Of a stretch of 64,000 nucleotides of DNA, positions 36,310 to 49,585 are shown in pieces. The stretch is taken from positions 37,820,001 through 37,884,000 of the forward strand of contig NC_073388.1 in assembly GCF_028641065.1 (NCBI RefSeq), in the 5' to 3' direction. Each line of letters opens with the position of its first letter. Within the stretch, counting starts at the first letter, position 1. The position numbers were made by a program, and so were the translations under genes. This DNA is from Leucoraja erinacea. Lineage: Eukaryota. The notes under the pieces were generated by a model. That model did no database searches. It was given only the letters and a program-made list of their open reading frames with translations, and had not been told where the DNA came from.

Positions 36310-36615
36310 CAATGGAACAGCAGTCAGAGTTGATGCCTTACAGTGCCAGAGACCCAGGTTCGATCCTGACTATGGGTGCTGGCTGTATGGAGTTTGTACT
36401 GTAGGTTTTTTCTGTGACCACGTGGGTTTTTCTCCAGGTGCTGCGGTTTCCTCCCACACTCCTAAGACGTGCAGGTTTGTAGATTAATTGGCTTCAGTAA
36501 ATTGTAAATTGCCCCTTATGTGTAGGATAGTGCTGGTGTATGGGGTTTTTGATGGTTGGTGCGGACTCAGCGAGCTAAAGTGCCTGTTTCCACACTTGTC
36601 GCTAAAGTCTAAAAG
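36310..36615 (+). mobile_element. V-SINE (HE1-like)
   Basis: gccttacagtgccagagacccaggttcgatcctgac head plus core. Confidence 0.8.
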
Positions 36616-37455
36616 ATTTGCTAAAGTTAATTATTGGCACACTGATGGAGTTGTGAAGGGATGTGAGGCATAAATACAATACAGGGAAATATGGATGCAC
36701 GTTTCTGGTGAGTTGGTGAAACCACATCTGGAGCACTGTGGTTTGCTCTCCATGTTTGATACCTTGCATTGAGGTGGAGCAGAGGAAGTGCAACAGGTTG
36801 ATTCCTGGGGTGAGAGTTTGATTAATGAGGCAAGGTCTGCTAGGTTGGGTCTCATTGCTCCTCTGACCACACAGCTTACCCCTGGGTGCCCTAGATTCCT
36901 CCCACATCCCCAGGACCTGCTCTTAGGTTAGATGGCCATGCTGTAGGTAAGTGGCCGGTTGTTCAGGAGAGTTGATGAGAGGGAACAGGTTACATGGAGA
37001 TGCGGGGAAATGGGGCAGATATGTATGTTCCAGGAGCTGACATTGACTCGATGGGCTGATTGTCCTCCTATGCATCAAGGAAAATGAATTGTGTTTCCAG
37101 TTTCCTTGTGAATCAGTATTCTTGTGAATGTCACAATATAGCAGAACTCACCAAAGCTGGGTGACACATCTGTGGACAATTTAACGAGATTACGGGACAA
37201 GGAAACGCAAAGGTGTGCTGTACAGATGGGTAACAAAACACTGAAAATGATTTACAAAGCATCTGTGTTCATTTAACATGTAGATTGACAATCTGTAGTT
37301 GTCGTACTAAGCAGAAACAGCCAATAATATCAATCACTTTTCAGGAATTTAAACCTTAAACATCAGCTTTCTTTGATCACAATAAATCAGTGTGACCATC
37401 CAGTACATTGAAGAACATTTCCCAAGATGAGCCAACACGTTCTATGCTGAAACTA

Positions 37456-37617
<162 letters not shown>

Positions 37618-38221
37618 CTAATAATCCCTTACACAGTCATAGAGTCATAGAGTGATGCAGTGTGGAAACAGGCCCTTCGGCCCAACTTGCCCACGCCGGC
37701 CAACATGTGCCAGCTACACAGTCGGCATGATAAATGGTATATGAATACATATTATATCAGAGGATTCCAACTGAGCAGAGGAGAGGGCATTCTAATTAGA
37801 GAGTGGAAGTTGCCACACAAGGTTATCTTGCCATGTGGTACCGGTTTGTGTCTCTTGTCAGTCTCTCAGCTTCTGTCAGTTGCCACGTTCAAACCCTGCC
37901 ATAGGTGACCCCACACAATGCCAGATCCTGAATTACCAGATAGATACTTCACAGAGTCAAAGCTTCACACATATGAGTAAAAGGATAGGGGAACTGAGGA
38001 CACCATTCAGCCTGAGTTAGCACTGACATTGTAAGGGCTGCATTTGGCCCATATCCCTCTAAACCTTTCCTATCCATGTCCAAATGCCCATTAAATGTTG
38101 TTATGAAAACCTGCCTCAACTACCTCCTCTGGCAGCTCGATCCACATACTCACCAACCTCTCAGTGAAAATGTTGCTCACTTTCCTAAATCTTTCCCTTC
38201 TCACCTTGCACTGCAGTGACG

Positions 38222-38345
38222 GTGTGTGAGTGAGTGAGTGAGTGAGTGAGTGAGTGAGTGAGTGAGTGAGTGAGTGAGTGAGTGAGTGAGTGAGTGAGTC
38301 AGTGAGTGAGTCAGTGAGTCAGTGAGTGACAGAGAGTGAGTGACC
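38222..38345. repeat. (GTGA)n microsatellite
   Basis: Tetranucleotide run, resuming in degenerate form at 38931-38988. Confidence 0.97.
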
Positions 38346-38356
38346 GTGAATGACAA

Positions 38357-38930
38357 TACAGGGCCCTAATGAATCCACACCTGGAGTATTGTGTGCAGCT
38401 TTGGTCCCCTAATTTGAGGAAGGACCTTCTTGCTATTGAGGGAGTGCAGTGTAGGTTCACAAGGTTAATTCCCGGGATGGCGGGACTGTCATATGCTGAG
38501 TGAACGGAGCGGCTGGGCTTGTATATTCTGGAGTTTAGAAGGATGTGAGGGTATCTTATTGAAACATATAAGATTATTAAGGGTTTGGACACGCTAGAGG
38601 CAGTAAACATGTTCCCGATGTTGGGGAAGTCCAGAACCAGGGGCCACAGTTTAAGAATAAGGGGTCAGCCATTTAGAACAGAGACGAAGAAACACTTTTT
38701 CACTCAGAGTGTTGTGAGTCTGTGGAATTCTCCGCCTTAGAGGACGTTGGAGGCTGGTTCTCTGGATACTTTCAAGAGAGAGCTAGATAGGGCTCTTAAA
38801 GATAGCGGAGTCAGGGGATGTGAGGAGAAGGCAGGAACGGGGTACTGATTGTGGATGATCAGCCATGATCACATTGAATGGCGGTGCTGGCTCAAAGGGC
38901 TGAATGGCCTACTCCTGCACATTGTCTATT
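38357..38930 (+). mobile_element. CR1 LINE 3' part inserted in a (GTGA)n tract
   Basis: cacacctggagtattgtgtgcagctttggtcccctaat ... gaatggcctactcctgcac; GTGA repeats on both sides. Confidence 0.85.
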
Positions 38931-41319
38931 GAGTGAGTGACGGTGAATGAATGAGTGACTGCGTGAATGACAGTGAGCGAGTGACAGACATTTTTTACCC
39001 CTTAAACTCCCACTCCAGTCTTCCATTGACATCCCCATAAGTAACAGTTCACCAAGAAAGATATAACTCATTTCTTTGTTCCTTTAACCCCTCTTCTGGC
39101 GATCTCCAAGTTAACAAGAGTTGTTGAAAAACGGTTTTCTGGCCTGCCATTGCCCCTCCACCCCGTGCCCCTCCGCCCCCACCCACTCTTTATCATCCTC
39201 AAAAACCCAATGATATTTGTCAAACCAGTATTTTTCTTTCACGGTTTCCTTGCACAATGTGGTCAGGATTTGTTACTGCTGGAAGTATTTATTAATAGCT
39301 GAACAACATAATGCCCATTGATATTACAGCAAGAAAAAAACAACTTAATCCTTCTACATGCTGGAGAAATCTACATATATTTAAATATATTTGTTTAACC
39401 CATCCCAAGGCTCTTGTTTTGATCTGAGCTGCTCCATTTTCTATCTGGTGGAGGAAAGTGCGTAACGTTGTTCAAAACATATATACAGTGCAGAGCTTCC
39501 CCAATCCAGTCGTGGATCGGAGCTACCACTCCAGAGATTTCAGCTGTACTACACAGAACATGGTACAGTATAGTACAGAAACAGGCCCTTCAGCCCACTA
39601 TGTCCATGCCGAACATGATGCCTGATTAAACTACTCTCCTCTCCCTGCACATAATCTATATCCCTCCATTCCCTGCATACCCATGTTCTTTTCTCAAAGA
39701 CCCTTAAACACCACTATTGTATCTGCATCCACCACCCCTGGCAGCATCTTCCAGGCACCCACAACACTCTGTGTACAAAGCTAGCCCCAAACATGTCATT
39801 TAAACTTTGCCCTTCATACCATAAAGCTAAGTCCTCTGGTCTTTGGCAGTTCCACTCTGGGGAAAAGATTCTGACTGTCTACCCTATCTATGCCTCTCAT
39901 AATTTTATCAAGTCTCTGCTCAGCCTCTGGCACTCCAGAGAAAACAATCTAAATCTGTCCAACCTCTCCCTAAAGATAATACCCTCTAATCCAGGCATCA
40001 TTCTGTTAAACCTCCTTTGCACCCTCTCCAAAGCCTGTGCATCCTTCCTGTAAAGCGGCCACTGGAATTGCGTTAAATTAAAATCTCACACTGGTGTTCT
40101 CATGTAGTACTGAGAGATAACTGCAATTTTCCAGGTTCCTCCTGGTCCCCCTGATCCCATTTCACTTTATCAAAGAAAGCAGGGTAGTACTTCTCTGTCT
40201 TTGGGAATATTCATAATACGAATATTCCTTGATCGGGTAAACGCACAGAATTTCTAGCCCAAGAGTAGGGGAATCGAGAACCAGAGGACAGATTTAAGGT
40301 GAGGGGGGAAAGATTTAATAGGAACCTGTGGGGTAATTTTTCTTACACAAACGGTGGTGGGTCTGGAACAAGCTGCAAGAGGAGGTAGTTGAGGCAGGTA
40401 CCATTGCCACGTTTAAAAATCAGTTAGACAGGTGCATATATAGGATGGGTTTAGAGGAATATGGTCAAACGCAAGCAGGTGGAACTAATGGGGCATGTTG
40501 GTCGGCATGGGCAAGTTGGGTTGAAGGGCCTGTTTTCATGTAGTATGACTATGACTCTATGACAAACAAAACCAGACGAGATGGTCATCAGTTGTTTGAG
40601 GGAGGCTGCTGTAAAGCATTCTGTGATGGCCAGGGATTGTGCCTGGAGCAATGCTAATGTAAACTTTCCTTTCCGCCCCCGGAAATGGGGTCTTATTTAA
40701 TGCAGTCTTTTCTTCACTTTGCAGTGTAGTTTGAAGCAGGCCCACCCACTACATTTGTTATGCGCATGGCCCAGAGAAACTCCACCTCTGTCGGAAGGAA
40801 AATGTCAGCAGAAATTTGACAGCGTTTTACAAAATGTTTTGATGTTAAATTTCCCCTTTGTGCTGATCTCTGAGATGGGTTAGAGCAATCATCAGTCACC
40901 GCACTTCAACGATTGACTGGTAGGCACTTTGGGACCCACAAAGTTCATTAAAAGCAGTGGTGGAATGCGAATGTTTCCTCAAGAGCCACAACTTTCCCTC
41001 AACCATGCTGAGTTACAAAAATATAAATGTTGTCTTTGTTGTGCGGACCTTCCATGATCGCTCGCCAGCCTGTCAGCTAGAAGCGACACAGGACAGCGAG
41101 CCAAGTTTAATTGTGGCTGATAAAGTGCCCTTTTCCTCTGAACGAGAGTGACAAAGTTGTCTGGTATTCAATGTCTTGCTAACTGGAGTCAGCCAGAAAC
41201 AAGAGGGTTGAAAGTTCTCCTCTTCTATGGTCACCCAACATGTAATCCAGCAGTGTATTATGGACATTGGACACTTCTGAAACATGCCTGCACAGTTCAG
41301 ACGTATAGTTCTTAACAGA

Positions 41320-41716
41320 TGCACAGGGAACTGCAGATGTTGGAATTTGAGAAAAACACAAAATGCCGGAAGAACTCAGTGGTTCAGGCAGCATCTGTGG
41401 AAGGAGTGACCAGATGATTTTTTTGATTGAGGCGCTTCTTCAGACCTATCACTAGACTGGATTTGTGCCACCCCATCTCTTTTTTCCAGCTTTCTCCCAT
41501 CAACTCCAATCAGTGTGAAGAAGGGTCCACAATCCCTCCACAGATGCTGCCTGACCCGGTGAGTTCCTGCAGCACTTTGTGTTCAACTAAATCCTGGATT
41601 TCAAGCACCCATTCCTCCATGTCTGAAGAAGGGTCTCGACCCAAAATGTCACCCATTCCTTCTCTCCACAGATGCTGCCTGACCCGCTGAGTTGCTCCAG
41701 CATTTTATGTCTACCT
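41320..41716. mobile_element. Two adjacent Penelope-tail elements
   Basis: gggaactgcagatgttgg...; second copy at ~41620 gtctgaagaagggtctcgacccaaaatgtcacccattcc. Confidence 0.6.
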
Positions 41717-42119
41717 CCAATTACTGCTGTCTCTCACTTGTCAAACCAACTGTGAGTCAAGGTCCAGGATAAGCAGCTTCCCTGAGGTCAGGATCTGGCA
41801 GCTCCTGCACAGCATTCAGCTCTAGGAAAGCAAAGATTGATTTTTATCAAAGAAAATAATTAGGATAAAAAAGTAAAGGTTAATTAAATTCAGTTCTCGC
41901 TGTTCTATGACTCACCGACTTTAGCAAAGAAATTGTTTTGATTCTCTCCATTCCTGCCCGGTTCTACAAACCTTAATTACAGCCTTTAGTTCAGACCCAT
42001 GAATTACTCATCGCAAGGCTATAGTTCTCGGCACTGATTTACTTAAACGTTGCACAGTGTCTATCCGAGGACTTGTGCACTAGACTCATCTACATCCCCA
42101 GTTCTGACAATGAGGGTAT

Positions 42120-42428
42120 TAGTTTAGACTTTAGAGATACAGCGTGGCAACAGGCCCTTCAGCCCATCAAGTCCGCGTCAACCAGAGATCACCCGTACAC
42201 TGGTTCTATCCTACAGACAAGGGTCAATTTTATAATTTTACCAAAGCCAATTAACTTACCAACCTGTACGCCTTTGGTGCGTGGGAAGAAACCGGAACAT
42301 CCAGAGAAAACCCAAGCAATCACAGAGAGAATGTCCAAACTCCGTACAGACAGCAGCCATAGAAAGGATCGAACCCAGGTCTCTAGCACTGTAAGGCAGC
42401 AACTCTACCGCTGTGCCACTGTGCCGCC
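42120..42428 (-). mobile_element. V-SINE (HE1-like), full length
   Basis: Head ggcagcaactctaccgctgtgccactgtgccgcc; tail tttagactttagagatacag. Confidence 0.85.
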
Positions 42429-43659
42429 AAATGCAGATTCAATTAACATTGTACTAAATAAGCATACGTATAGCAGGACTAGATTTAATTTTTAATCAGG
42501 TGCAAAAAATATTTGTCTTTGATTGAGATTTAAGACAATTTTCATGATTCAAAAATCTACAATGAAGATGGGCAATTTAAAAAATATCTACAAACCAAAG
42601 GGACTTTTTACAGATGCCTTTGTTTGCCTTTGAGCAATTAATTATATTTCTCTATATTTTAAAACATTGCAACTCCCGACGGCATTGTCTACCCTATTAT
42701 AGGAAGAATAAAAATCATCCTGAGGTGAAAAGATTTTGCCCAAAGGGGATTTGAATGAATCCCTGATTGATGTTATGATCAGAGCAGTATCCTGTCTGCC
42801 TTAAAAATAGTTTATTTTTTTACTTAAAAAAAAACAAAAAACACATTAAGTAATATCCTGTTTATTTATTAAATATTTATTGAATTATACTGTTATCTTC
42901 ACAGGAGAATTTGGATGTCATGCTACATTGTGGGTCTTCGTTTCTTCACATTTCCTCTGGAAAGCTCTGATTATTCCTCTCCTGCTAAATTTAATTTCCT
43001 TTCAAACAGCTTCCACCATATTCCTGTTTCCATCGTTGACCCAGTCTGCAGATACCACCTTGATCATCTGATGAATTCTACCACTCCTCTCTTCTTCAAG
43101 TCAATCCCTGATCTTGTTCTAATCTCTCCAGGTCATTCTTCACCAATACCTGGCAGTAAGATCATCACTCCGGCGACCTGCATTACTTCCACAACATTTT
43201 CGCCCAACCATTCCCTCTTCTTCCCTCTCCCATAAGAAGAGGATACAAAAGCATGATAACACGTGCCACCAGGTTCTGGAATAGCTTCTTCACCCTCACC
43301 TCCCAACAAACTAGGGTGTAGACCCGATCTCCCAACCTAACTCATTGCAGGCTATTCATTTTTTTTAATCTGCACTTTCTCTGTAACTCTTATACAGTAA
43401 TGCTGTAACAATATATTCTGCACTGATATTTTTCTCTTTGCACTACCTGTTGTATTTGTGCATGGCATGTTTGTACTCATATAGAGTATTGACTGGATAG
43501 TACATAAACAACGTTTTTCACTGTATCTTTGCACATGCGTCAATAGTAAACCAATACCTATACTTTCCACGCATTCCATTTTTCATCAGTTCATAAGTCA
43601 TCGGAGCAGAATTAGGTTATTTGGGTAATCTAAGCTTGGGACTGACATATGATGGAAAA

Positions 43660-44103
43660 AATGGGTCGACTGGGCTTGTATTCACTGGAATTTAGAAGGA
43701 TGAGAGGGAATCTTATAGAAACATGATGTTCTTAAAGGACTGGACAGGCTAGATGCAGGAAAAATGTTCTCGATGTTGAGGGAGTCCAGAACCAGAGGTC
43801 ACAGTTTAAGAATAAGGTGGAGGCCATTTTGGACTGAGATGAGGAAAAACCTTTTCACCCAGAGAGTTGTGAATCGTGGAATTCTCTGTCACAGAAGACA
43901 GTACAGGCCAATTCACTGGATGTTTTCAAGAGAGAGTTAGATTTAGCCAATTGGACTAAAGGAATCAAAGGATACGGAGAAAAAGCAGGACCACGGTATT
44001 GATTTAAGATGATCAGCCATGATCATCTTGAATGGCAATGCTGGCTCGAAGGGCCTAATGTCCTACTCCTGCACCTATTTTTCTATATTTCTATGTCTCT
44101 ATG
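43660..44103 (+). mobile_element. CR1 LINE 3' fragment
   Basis: tgggcttgtattcactggaatttagaagg ... ctactcctgcacctatttttctatatttctatgt. Confidence 0.8.
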
Positions 44104-44959
44104 TAAACCATCATCTGCAGTTCCTTCCTATGCATTTTTTGTCCTTTAGTGGATCCAATGTAACTTAATTTTCTGGATATGCCTATCTTGAAGGACCTTG
44201 TCAAATTATGTCATTCCAGGCAGCATGCCATACCCTCATGAATCATCCTCAAAACTATGCAAAGAATCAAATACTTCTGTAAAATTATTTGCATTAAAGC
44301 TGAGTTCTGCAATTGTTAATGGTCATTTCAAGTTCTCTTTTGCATGTCAGACACTTTGTGATTTACAGAGCTCCTTGGCACAGACAACATTTCATTTATG
44401 AGATGGCACTGCAAAGCAGCCCTAATGTTCTTTAATTAAACCCTTTCTTAATAAGGCTGAGATGCATAAAAGCAGAAACATTTATTTGGACTTGGCTTCA
44501 CTTGCATCTCCACGAGAAGATTAAACATCAAAGACGACAAGAAAATCAATTTGTATCAATCGTCTAAATGAAGAATTCTCAGCAGACACGCCTACTGACT
44601 CTCTGGCATCTACAGCTTTTTGTGTCTCTGCCTCGTGACTTAACTCACGACAGGAAGTCAACACAAACTTCACAGAAGACAGCAGGAGATACTCTGATCA
44701 AATGAAAGAAAGCTGTAGCAAAAACCTTGCGAGCTGTCTAAATATCAGCGTTCAAACAGAAGTGGCCAGAGTACATGCAATTGCTCAGGAGAGAATAATG
44801 TTACACTCTCACTGGATATGATTTGATGCACTCTAACTGATGGGGAACGGATTCACTACAGCCCTCAGGAGCGAAACGGATAACCACATTTTGGGATAGA
44901 AGACAGGCGACGCAGGATGGGACAAACCAATTGCTCTCCCAGCAAGATGCCATAAGCAT

Positions 44960-45240
44960 AGACTTTAGACTTTAGAGCTACAGTGTAGAAAGAGGCCCTT
45001 GGGTCCACCAGCGAGTGCCCCATACACTAACACTATCTTACACACTAGAGACAATTTACAATCAAACAACAAACTAGTACTTCTTTGGAGTGTGAGAAGA
45101 AACCGGAGCACCCAGGGAAAACTCATGCCGTCATAGGGAGAACATACAAATTCCGTACCGACATCGCCCGTAGTCAGGATCGAACCAGGGTCTCTGGCAC
45201 TGTAAGGCAGTAATGCAACCGCTGCTACATTGTGCTGCCC
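44960..45240 (-). mobile_element. V-SINE (HE1-like)
   Basis: SINE head, core and tail. Confidence 0.8.
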
Positions 45241-45374
45241 TAATTATCAAATAGCCTCATTCTGTACTTTCCTTATTCCAGGACTTCAGACAGAGCACCA
45301 CAATGGTGATTCCTCATGTGAGGCACAATTCCAATGCACAGGAACACAAGAGAATGCAGAGAGTGGTGGACCTA

Positions 45375-45600
45375 TGCCCCTGTCCCACTTAGGAAACCTG
45401 AACGGAAACCTCTGGAGACTTTGCGCCCCACCCAAGGTTTCCGTGCAGTTCCCGGAGGTTGCAGGTGGTTTCCGGAGGTTGCAGGTAGTGGAAGCAGATA
45501 GGGAGACTGACAAAAACCTCCGGGAACCGCACGGGATCCTTGGGTGGGGCGCAAAGTCTCCAGAGGTTTCCGTTCAGGTTTCGTAAGTGGGACAAGGGCT
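45375..45600. mobile_element. PIF/Harbinger-like MITE with ~62-bp near-perfect inverted arms
   Basis: gcccctgtcccacttaggaaacctgaacggaaacctctggagactttgcgccccacccaagg and its reverse complement; TSD imperfect. Confidence 0.75.
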
Positions 45601-46069
45601 TAACCCCGGTCTTCGTAGGCACAGCCCTCCCCACCATTGAAGGCATAAACATGAGATTCTTCTCAAAAAGGTGGCATCTATCATCAAGGATCCCCACCAT
45701 CTTGGCCATGCCCTCTACCTGCTGCTGACATCGGGCAGGAGGTACAGAAGCCTGAAGCTACACACAACCAATTTTAGGAACAACTACTTTCTAAGTCATT
45801 TGCAGAACCCCAGCCCTACCTCAGCAATGGAACACAACTGACCACTTCTTGCACTACTGTTGACTTGCTTTCTCAATGTGTTTTGCACTAACCTGTGGGG
45901 CAACAATTTCATACAGAGGGTGGTGAGTATATGGAACGTTTATGTTTTAGTGCGTTGTCTCAGCCTATGTGCCTGTAATGCTGCTGCAAGCAAGATTTGC
46001 TTTATACCTGTACCTCACCGTACTCGCCCATATGATAACAAACTTGAGATACAAGAAACTGCAGAGTTT

Positions 46070-46390
46070 AAGAGGGAACTGCAGATGCTGGAGAATCGAA
46101 GGTTACACAAAAAAAGAAACAATAAGTGCAGCAGCATCTATGGAGCGAAGGAAATAGGCAACGTTTCGGGCCGAAGACAACAGGGTTTCGGCCCGAAACT
46201 TGCCTATTTCCTTCGCTCCATAGATGCTGCTGCACCCGCTGAGTTTCTCAGCTTTTTTGTGTAAGCCAAGAAACTGCAGATGTTGGTTTACAAAAAAATA
46301 CATTAAGTGCTAGAGTAACTCAGCGGGTCAGACAACATTTCTGGAGGACATGGATAAGGGATGTTTCAGAATGGGACTCTTCTTCAGACT
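46070..46390. mobile_element. Nested Penelope-tail elements (subfamily with GGGU-UUCG-GCCC stem)
   Basis: gcagcagcatctatggagcgaaggaaataggcaacgtttcgggccgaa ... tttcggcccgaaacttgcctatttccttcgctccatagatgctgctgc, followed by a second tail copy. Confidence 0.65.
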
Positions 46391-46631
46391 TCTCGAAAAT
46401 AAACTCGACTTGGCTAGATTTTAAGTGGTTGGGGGTTGGATCTGGTGGACTGGGTTAATGTTGCATTGTGAATGTGGTTACACTCAATGTACTTTGGATG
46501 ATTTGAACCATTTCAGCACTTAGTAAAATTGGTAATTTATTAAGTAAAATGTCTGATATCTTAATAGCATCAAAATGGATTATCTACCACAGGCACAGGA
46601 GACCATGGTATGAAATAACTTCAAGAAAGAC

Positions 46632-47068
46632 TTGAGGGCCTGAGCTCTGGGGAGAGGTTGGGTAGGCTAGGACTTTACTCCCCGGAGAGCAGGAGGATGA
46701 GAAGTGATCTTATAGACGTGTATAAAGTCCTTTGGGGAAAAGACAGGGTCAATACACAAAGCTTTTTACCCAGGGTAGGGGAATCTAGAACAATGGACAT
46801 AGGTTTAAGTTGAGAAGGAAAAGATTGAATAGGAACCTGAGGGGTGTATTTTTCATGGAGTGCAGTGGGTATATGTAATAAACTGGCAGGGGAGGTAGTT
46901 GAGGCAGGTACTATAACATTTACAAAACATTTGGACAGGTACATCGATTGGAAAGGTTTAGAGGGATATGTGCCAAACGCGGGTGGGTGGGACTAGCAAT
47001 GATGGGGTATCATGTCGGCAAACTGGGCTGAAGGGCCTGTTTGTGTGCCGTATGAAACTATGACTCTA
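46632..47068 (+). mobile_element. CR1 3' fragment (SINE-partner family). Similar pieces at ~8420-8750, 39550-40070, 40228-40562, 49765-50130, 51400-51780, 52680-53065, 56150-56397, 62880-63170
   Basis: ggaggtagttgaggcaggtactataacattt...catttggacaggtacat...gaagggcctgttt...tatgactcta. Confidence 0.7.
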
Positions 47069-47579
47069 AAGAGTGGATACTTTTCTTAATGCTAAAGGGA
47101 GCGAGTGAAATGGGAGAAGGGCAGGGTGCAGAGATGAATGGTGAATCATGATCATGTTGAATGGTAGAGAAGGACTGAATGATCTGTTCACACACCATTC
47201 TCCATTTTTCTATGTTTAAAACATTATAAATTTAACAAACAACCTTGAATTCCCCAAGGGAAAAAAATGAACAAAGGTTTTAATTTGATCTTTGAAATCA
47301 GCATTCATTAATGCTTGGGTACAGACTGATGAAAATGTCTGTACACAAGCATCGTAGGGGGTGATGATGTCTGATGAAAATGTCATTCTGGGCACATTCA
47401 CTGGTCTGCTACCACTCATTGGGGTCAATTGAAGAAGTCATGAACACCCAACCATTGAGGTTCACACGGTGTGCAGGTACATAGGACAACTTGCTCATGC
47501 AATCGACATGGAATCTACACTTCCTGTATCCTGGTCTCTTTTTCCAATTAAAATTTCAGCATTGACTGCTCAAATCTAG

Positions 47580-47820
47580 TTTTCACCGAGCCCACAGCCA
47601 ACAATGGTTTATCATCGTTCATCATCATTTCCTTTATCATCGTTACTTTTTTGCATATCTTTCATTTATTTGTTCTATTTCTCTTTATATCACCGTCTAT
47701 ATCTCTTGATTCTCTTTCCCCTAACCCTCAGTCTGAAAAAGGGTCTTGACCCAAAACATCACCTTTTCTCCAGAGATGCTGTCTGATCTACCGAGTTACT
47801 CCAGCTTTTTGTGTCTATTT
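47580..47820 (+). mobile_element. Penelope 3' UTR fragment including hammerhead-like motif
   Basis: Similar to 7955-8175; cagtctgaaaaagggtcttgacccaaaacatcacc. Confidence 0.6.
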
Positions 47821-48529
47821 CCTGATCAATGAAGTTGGCTTCCAAGTGTAGGACCATCAGATCATAAGACATAGGATTAGAATTAGACCATTACTAATGC
47901 CTTTACTAATCACGAATCTGTCAATTTATGCTTTAAAAATACCCAGTGTCTTGGCCTCCTCCACCATCTGTGGCAAAGAATTTCACAGATTCACCAACCT
48001 ATGGCTAAAGAAATCCCTACTCATCTCCATTCTAAGGGTTTGTTCTTTAATTCTGAAGCTGTACCCTCTGGTGTTCGACTCTCCCACTCTGGAAACATCA
48101 GCTTGGTTGTGGGAAGTAGAAAGCTGATCTTTACAAATTCTCACAGCCTGAGTATGGACCTGTGGTCCATTCATGCTTTTTTTGTACACAAGACTGGGAC
48201 CAGAGAGCACCAGAATAGAAAGGGCGAAACACAAAGTGGTGGATAAACTCTGCGGGTCAGCAGCATCCACGGAGGGAATGGACAGACGATGTTTAGGGTC
48301 AGAAAAACTCTCTGATTTCATGTTACGTTCATTGTTCTTATAACAGGTCATCTCTCTGAAGTGTGAACTCTGCTCCTCTCTCCACAGATGCTGAGTGACC
48401 TGTTGAGTGCATCCCACATTTCCAGCTATCCTATTGCAGTTGGATGCGTTGCTGAGATGAGGCGAGGTGAGAACGGGACGGGCGGGTCACAACTGCTATC
48501 GTGACCTGCTGGGCCAAAGGTGCGATCGA

Positions 48530-48920
48530 ACAATTGAATTGAATTTCCTTTATTGTCATTCAGACCTTTCAGTCTGAACGAAATTTCGTGCCTGCAGTCA
48601 TACATACAATAATACAATAATAGACAACAGAACAGACAGTAAACACAAATTAACATCCACCACAGTGAGTCCACCAAACACCTCCTCACTGTGATGGGAG
48701 GCAAAAATCTTAGGGCTGCAGTCTCTTCCCTCCTCTTCTCCCTCTGTGCTGAGGCGATACCCCACCAGGCGATGGTAAATCAGTCCCGCGGCTCACCGAG
48801 TTCCGCAAACGGGCCGGTTCAAACACCGTGGCCCGGGGGTGGTCGAAGCTGCCGCCCTCCAATCCAGCGGACGCAGCTCTTGACAACGTCGTCCACTGGC
48901 CCGCGGCCGAACCTCAGACT
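48530..48920 (-). mobile_element. Related GC-rich non-autonomous retroelement fragment
   Basis: Shares aacatccaccacag...tgtg(g/a)tgg(a/g)aggca with ~9157-9193; tail gacaataaaggaaattcaattcaatt. Confidence 0.5.
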
Positions 48921-49284
48921 TGTGATGAATGACAATCATTCATCACAATGCACAAACAGCCAAAAGAATCCAAGAAGAAGCCCGCTTAACAGTAAGAATC
49001 ACAATGTCAAGCAATACATTTCTCCAGTAGCTGCTCTCTACTTTGATCAAGTGTTATGTTGGAAAATTATGAAGGATTTATACGCATTATTGCAGACAGC
49101 ACCTCACCCATTAACATTTGTTTAAATGCACATGAAATGATATCTTTAGACACGGTTCAACACCAGTGATGGGGACCACAGCAGCCCCGTTCCTTAGCTG
49201 ACACTTGGCCCTGGTGGGTGGCTGGGATCCACTGACCCCAGCCTCACTGAGACAGACACTGGTCTGTCCCACGATGAAGCAAAT

Positions 49285-49585
49285 TTTAGTTTACTTTAGT
49301 TTAGAGATACAACATGGAAACAGGCCCCTCAGCCCACCGAGCCCGCGCCGACCAGCGATCACCCCGTGCACTAGCATTGTCCTACACACTAGGGGCAATT
49401 TACAATTTTACCAAAACCAATTAACCTACAAACCTGCACGTCTTTGAAATGTGAGAGGGAACCGAAGCACCCAGAGAACACCCATGTGGTCACATGGAGA
49501 TGATACAAACTCCGTACAGCGCCCAGACTTAGGACCAAACCCAGGTCTCTGGCGCTGTGAGGCAGAAACTCTACCACTGTGCCAC
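49285..49585 (-). mobile_element. V-SINE (HE1-like)
   Basis: SINE head, core and tail. Confidence 0.8.

Noticed and set aside
45230-45728. Mirror-image peptides on both strands (PLSHLxNLNGNLWRLCAPPK)
   Set aside because: A consequence of the MITE's inverted arms, not a protein.
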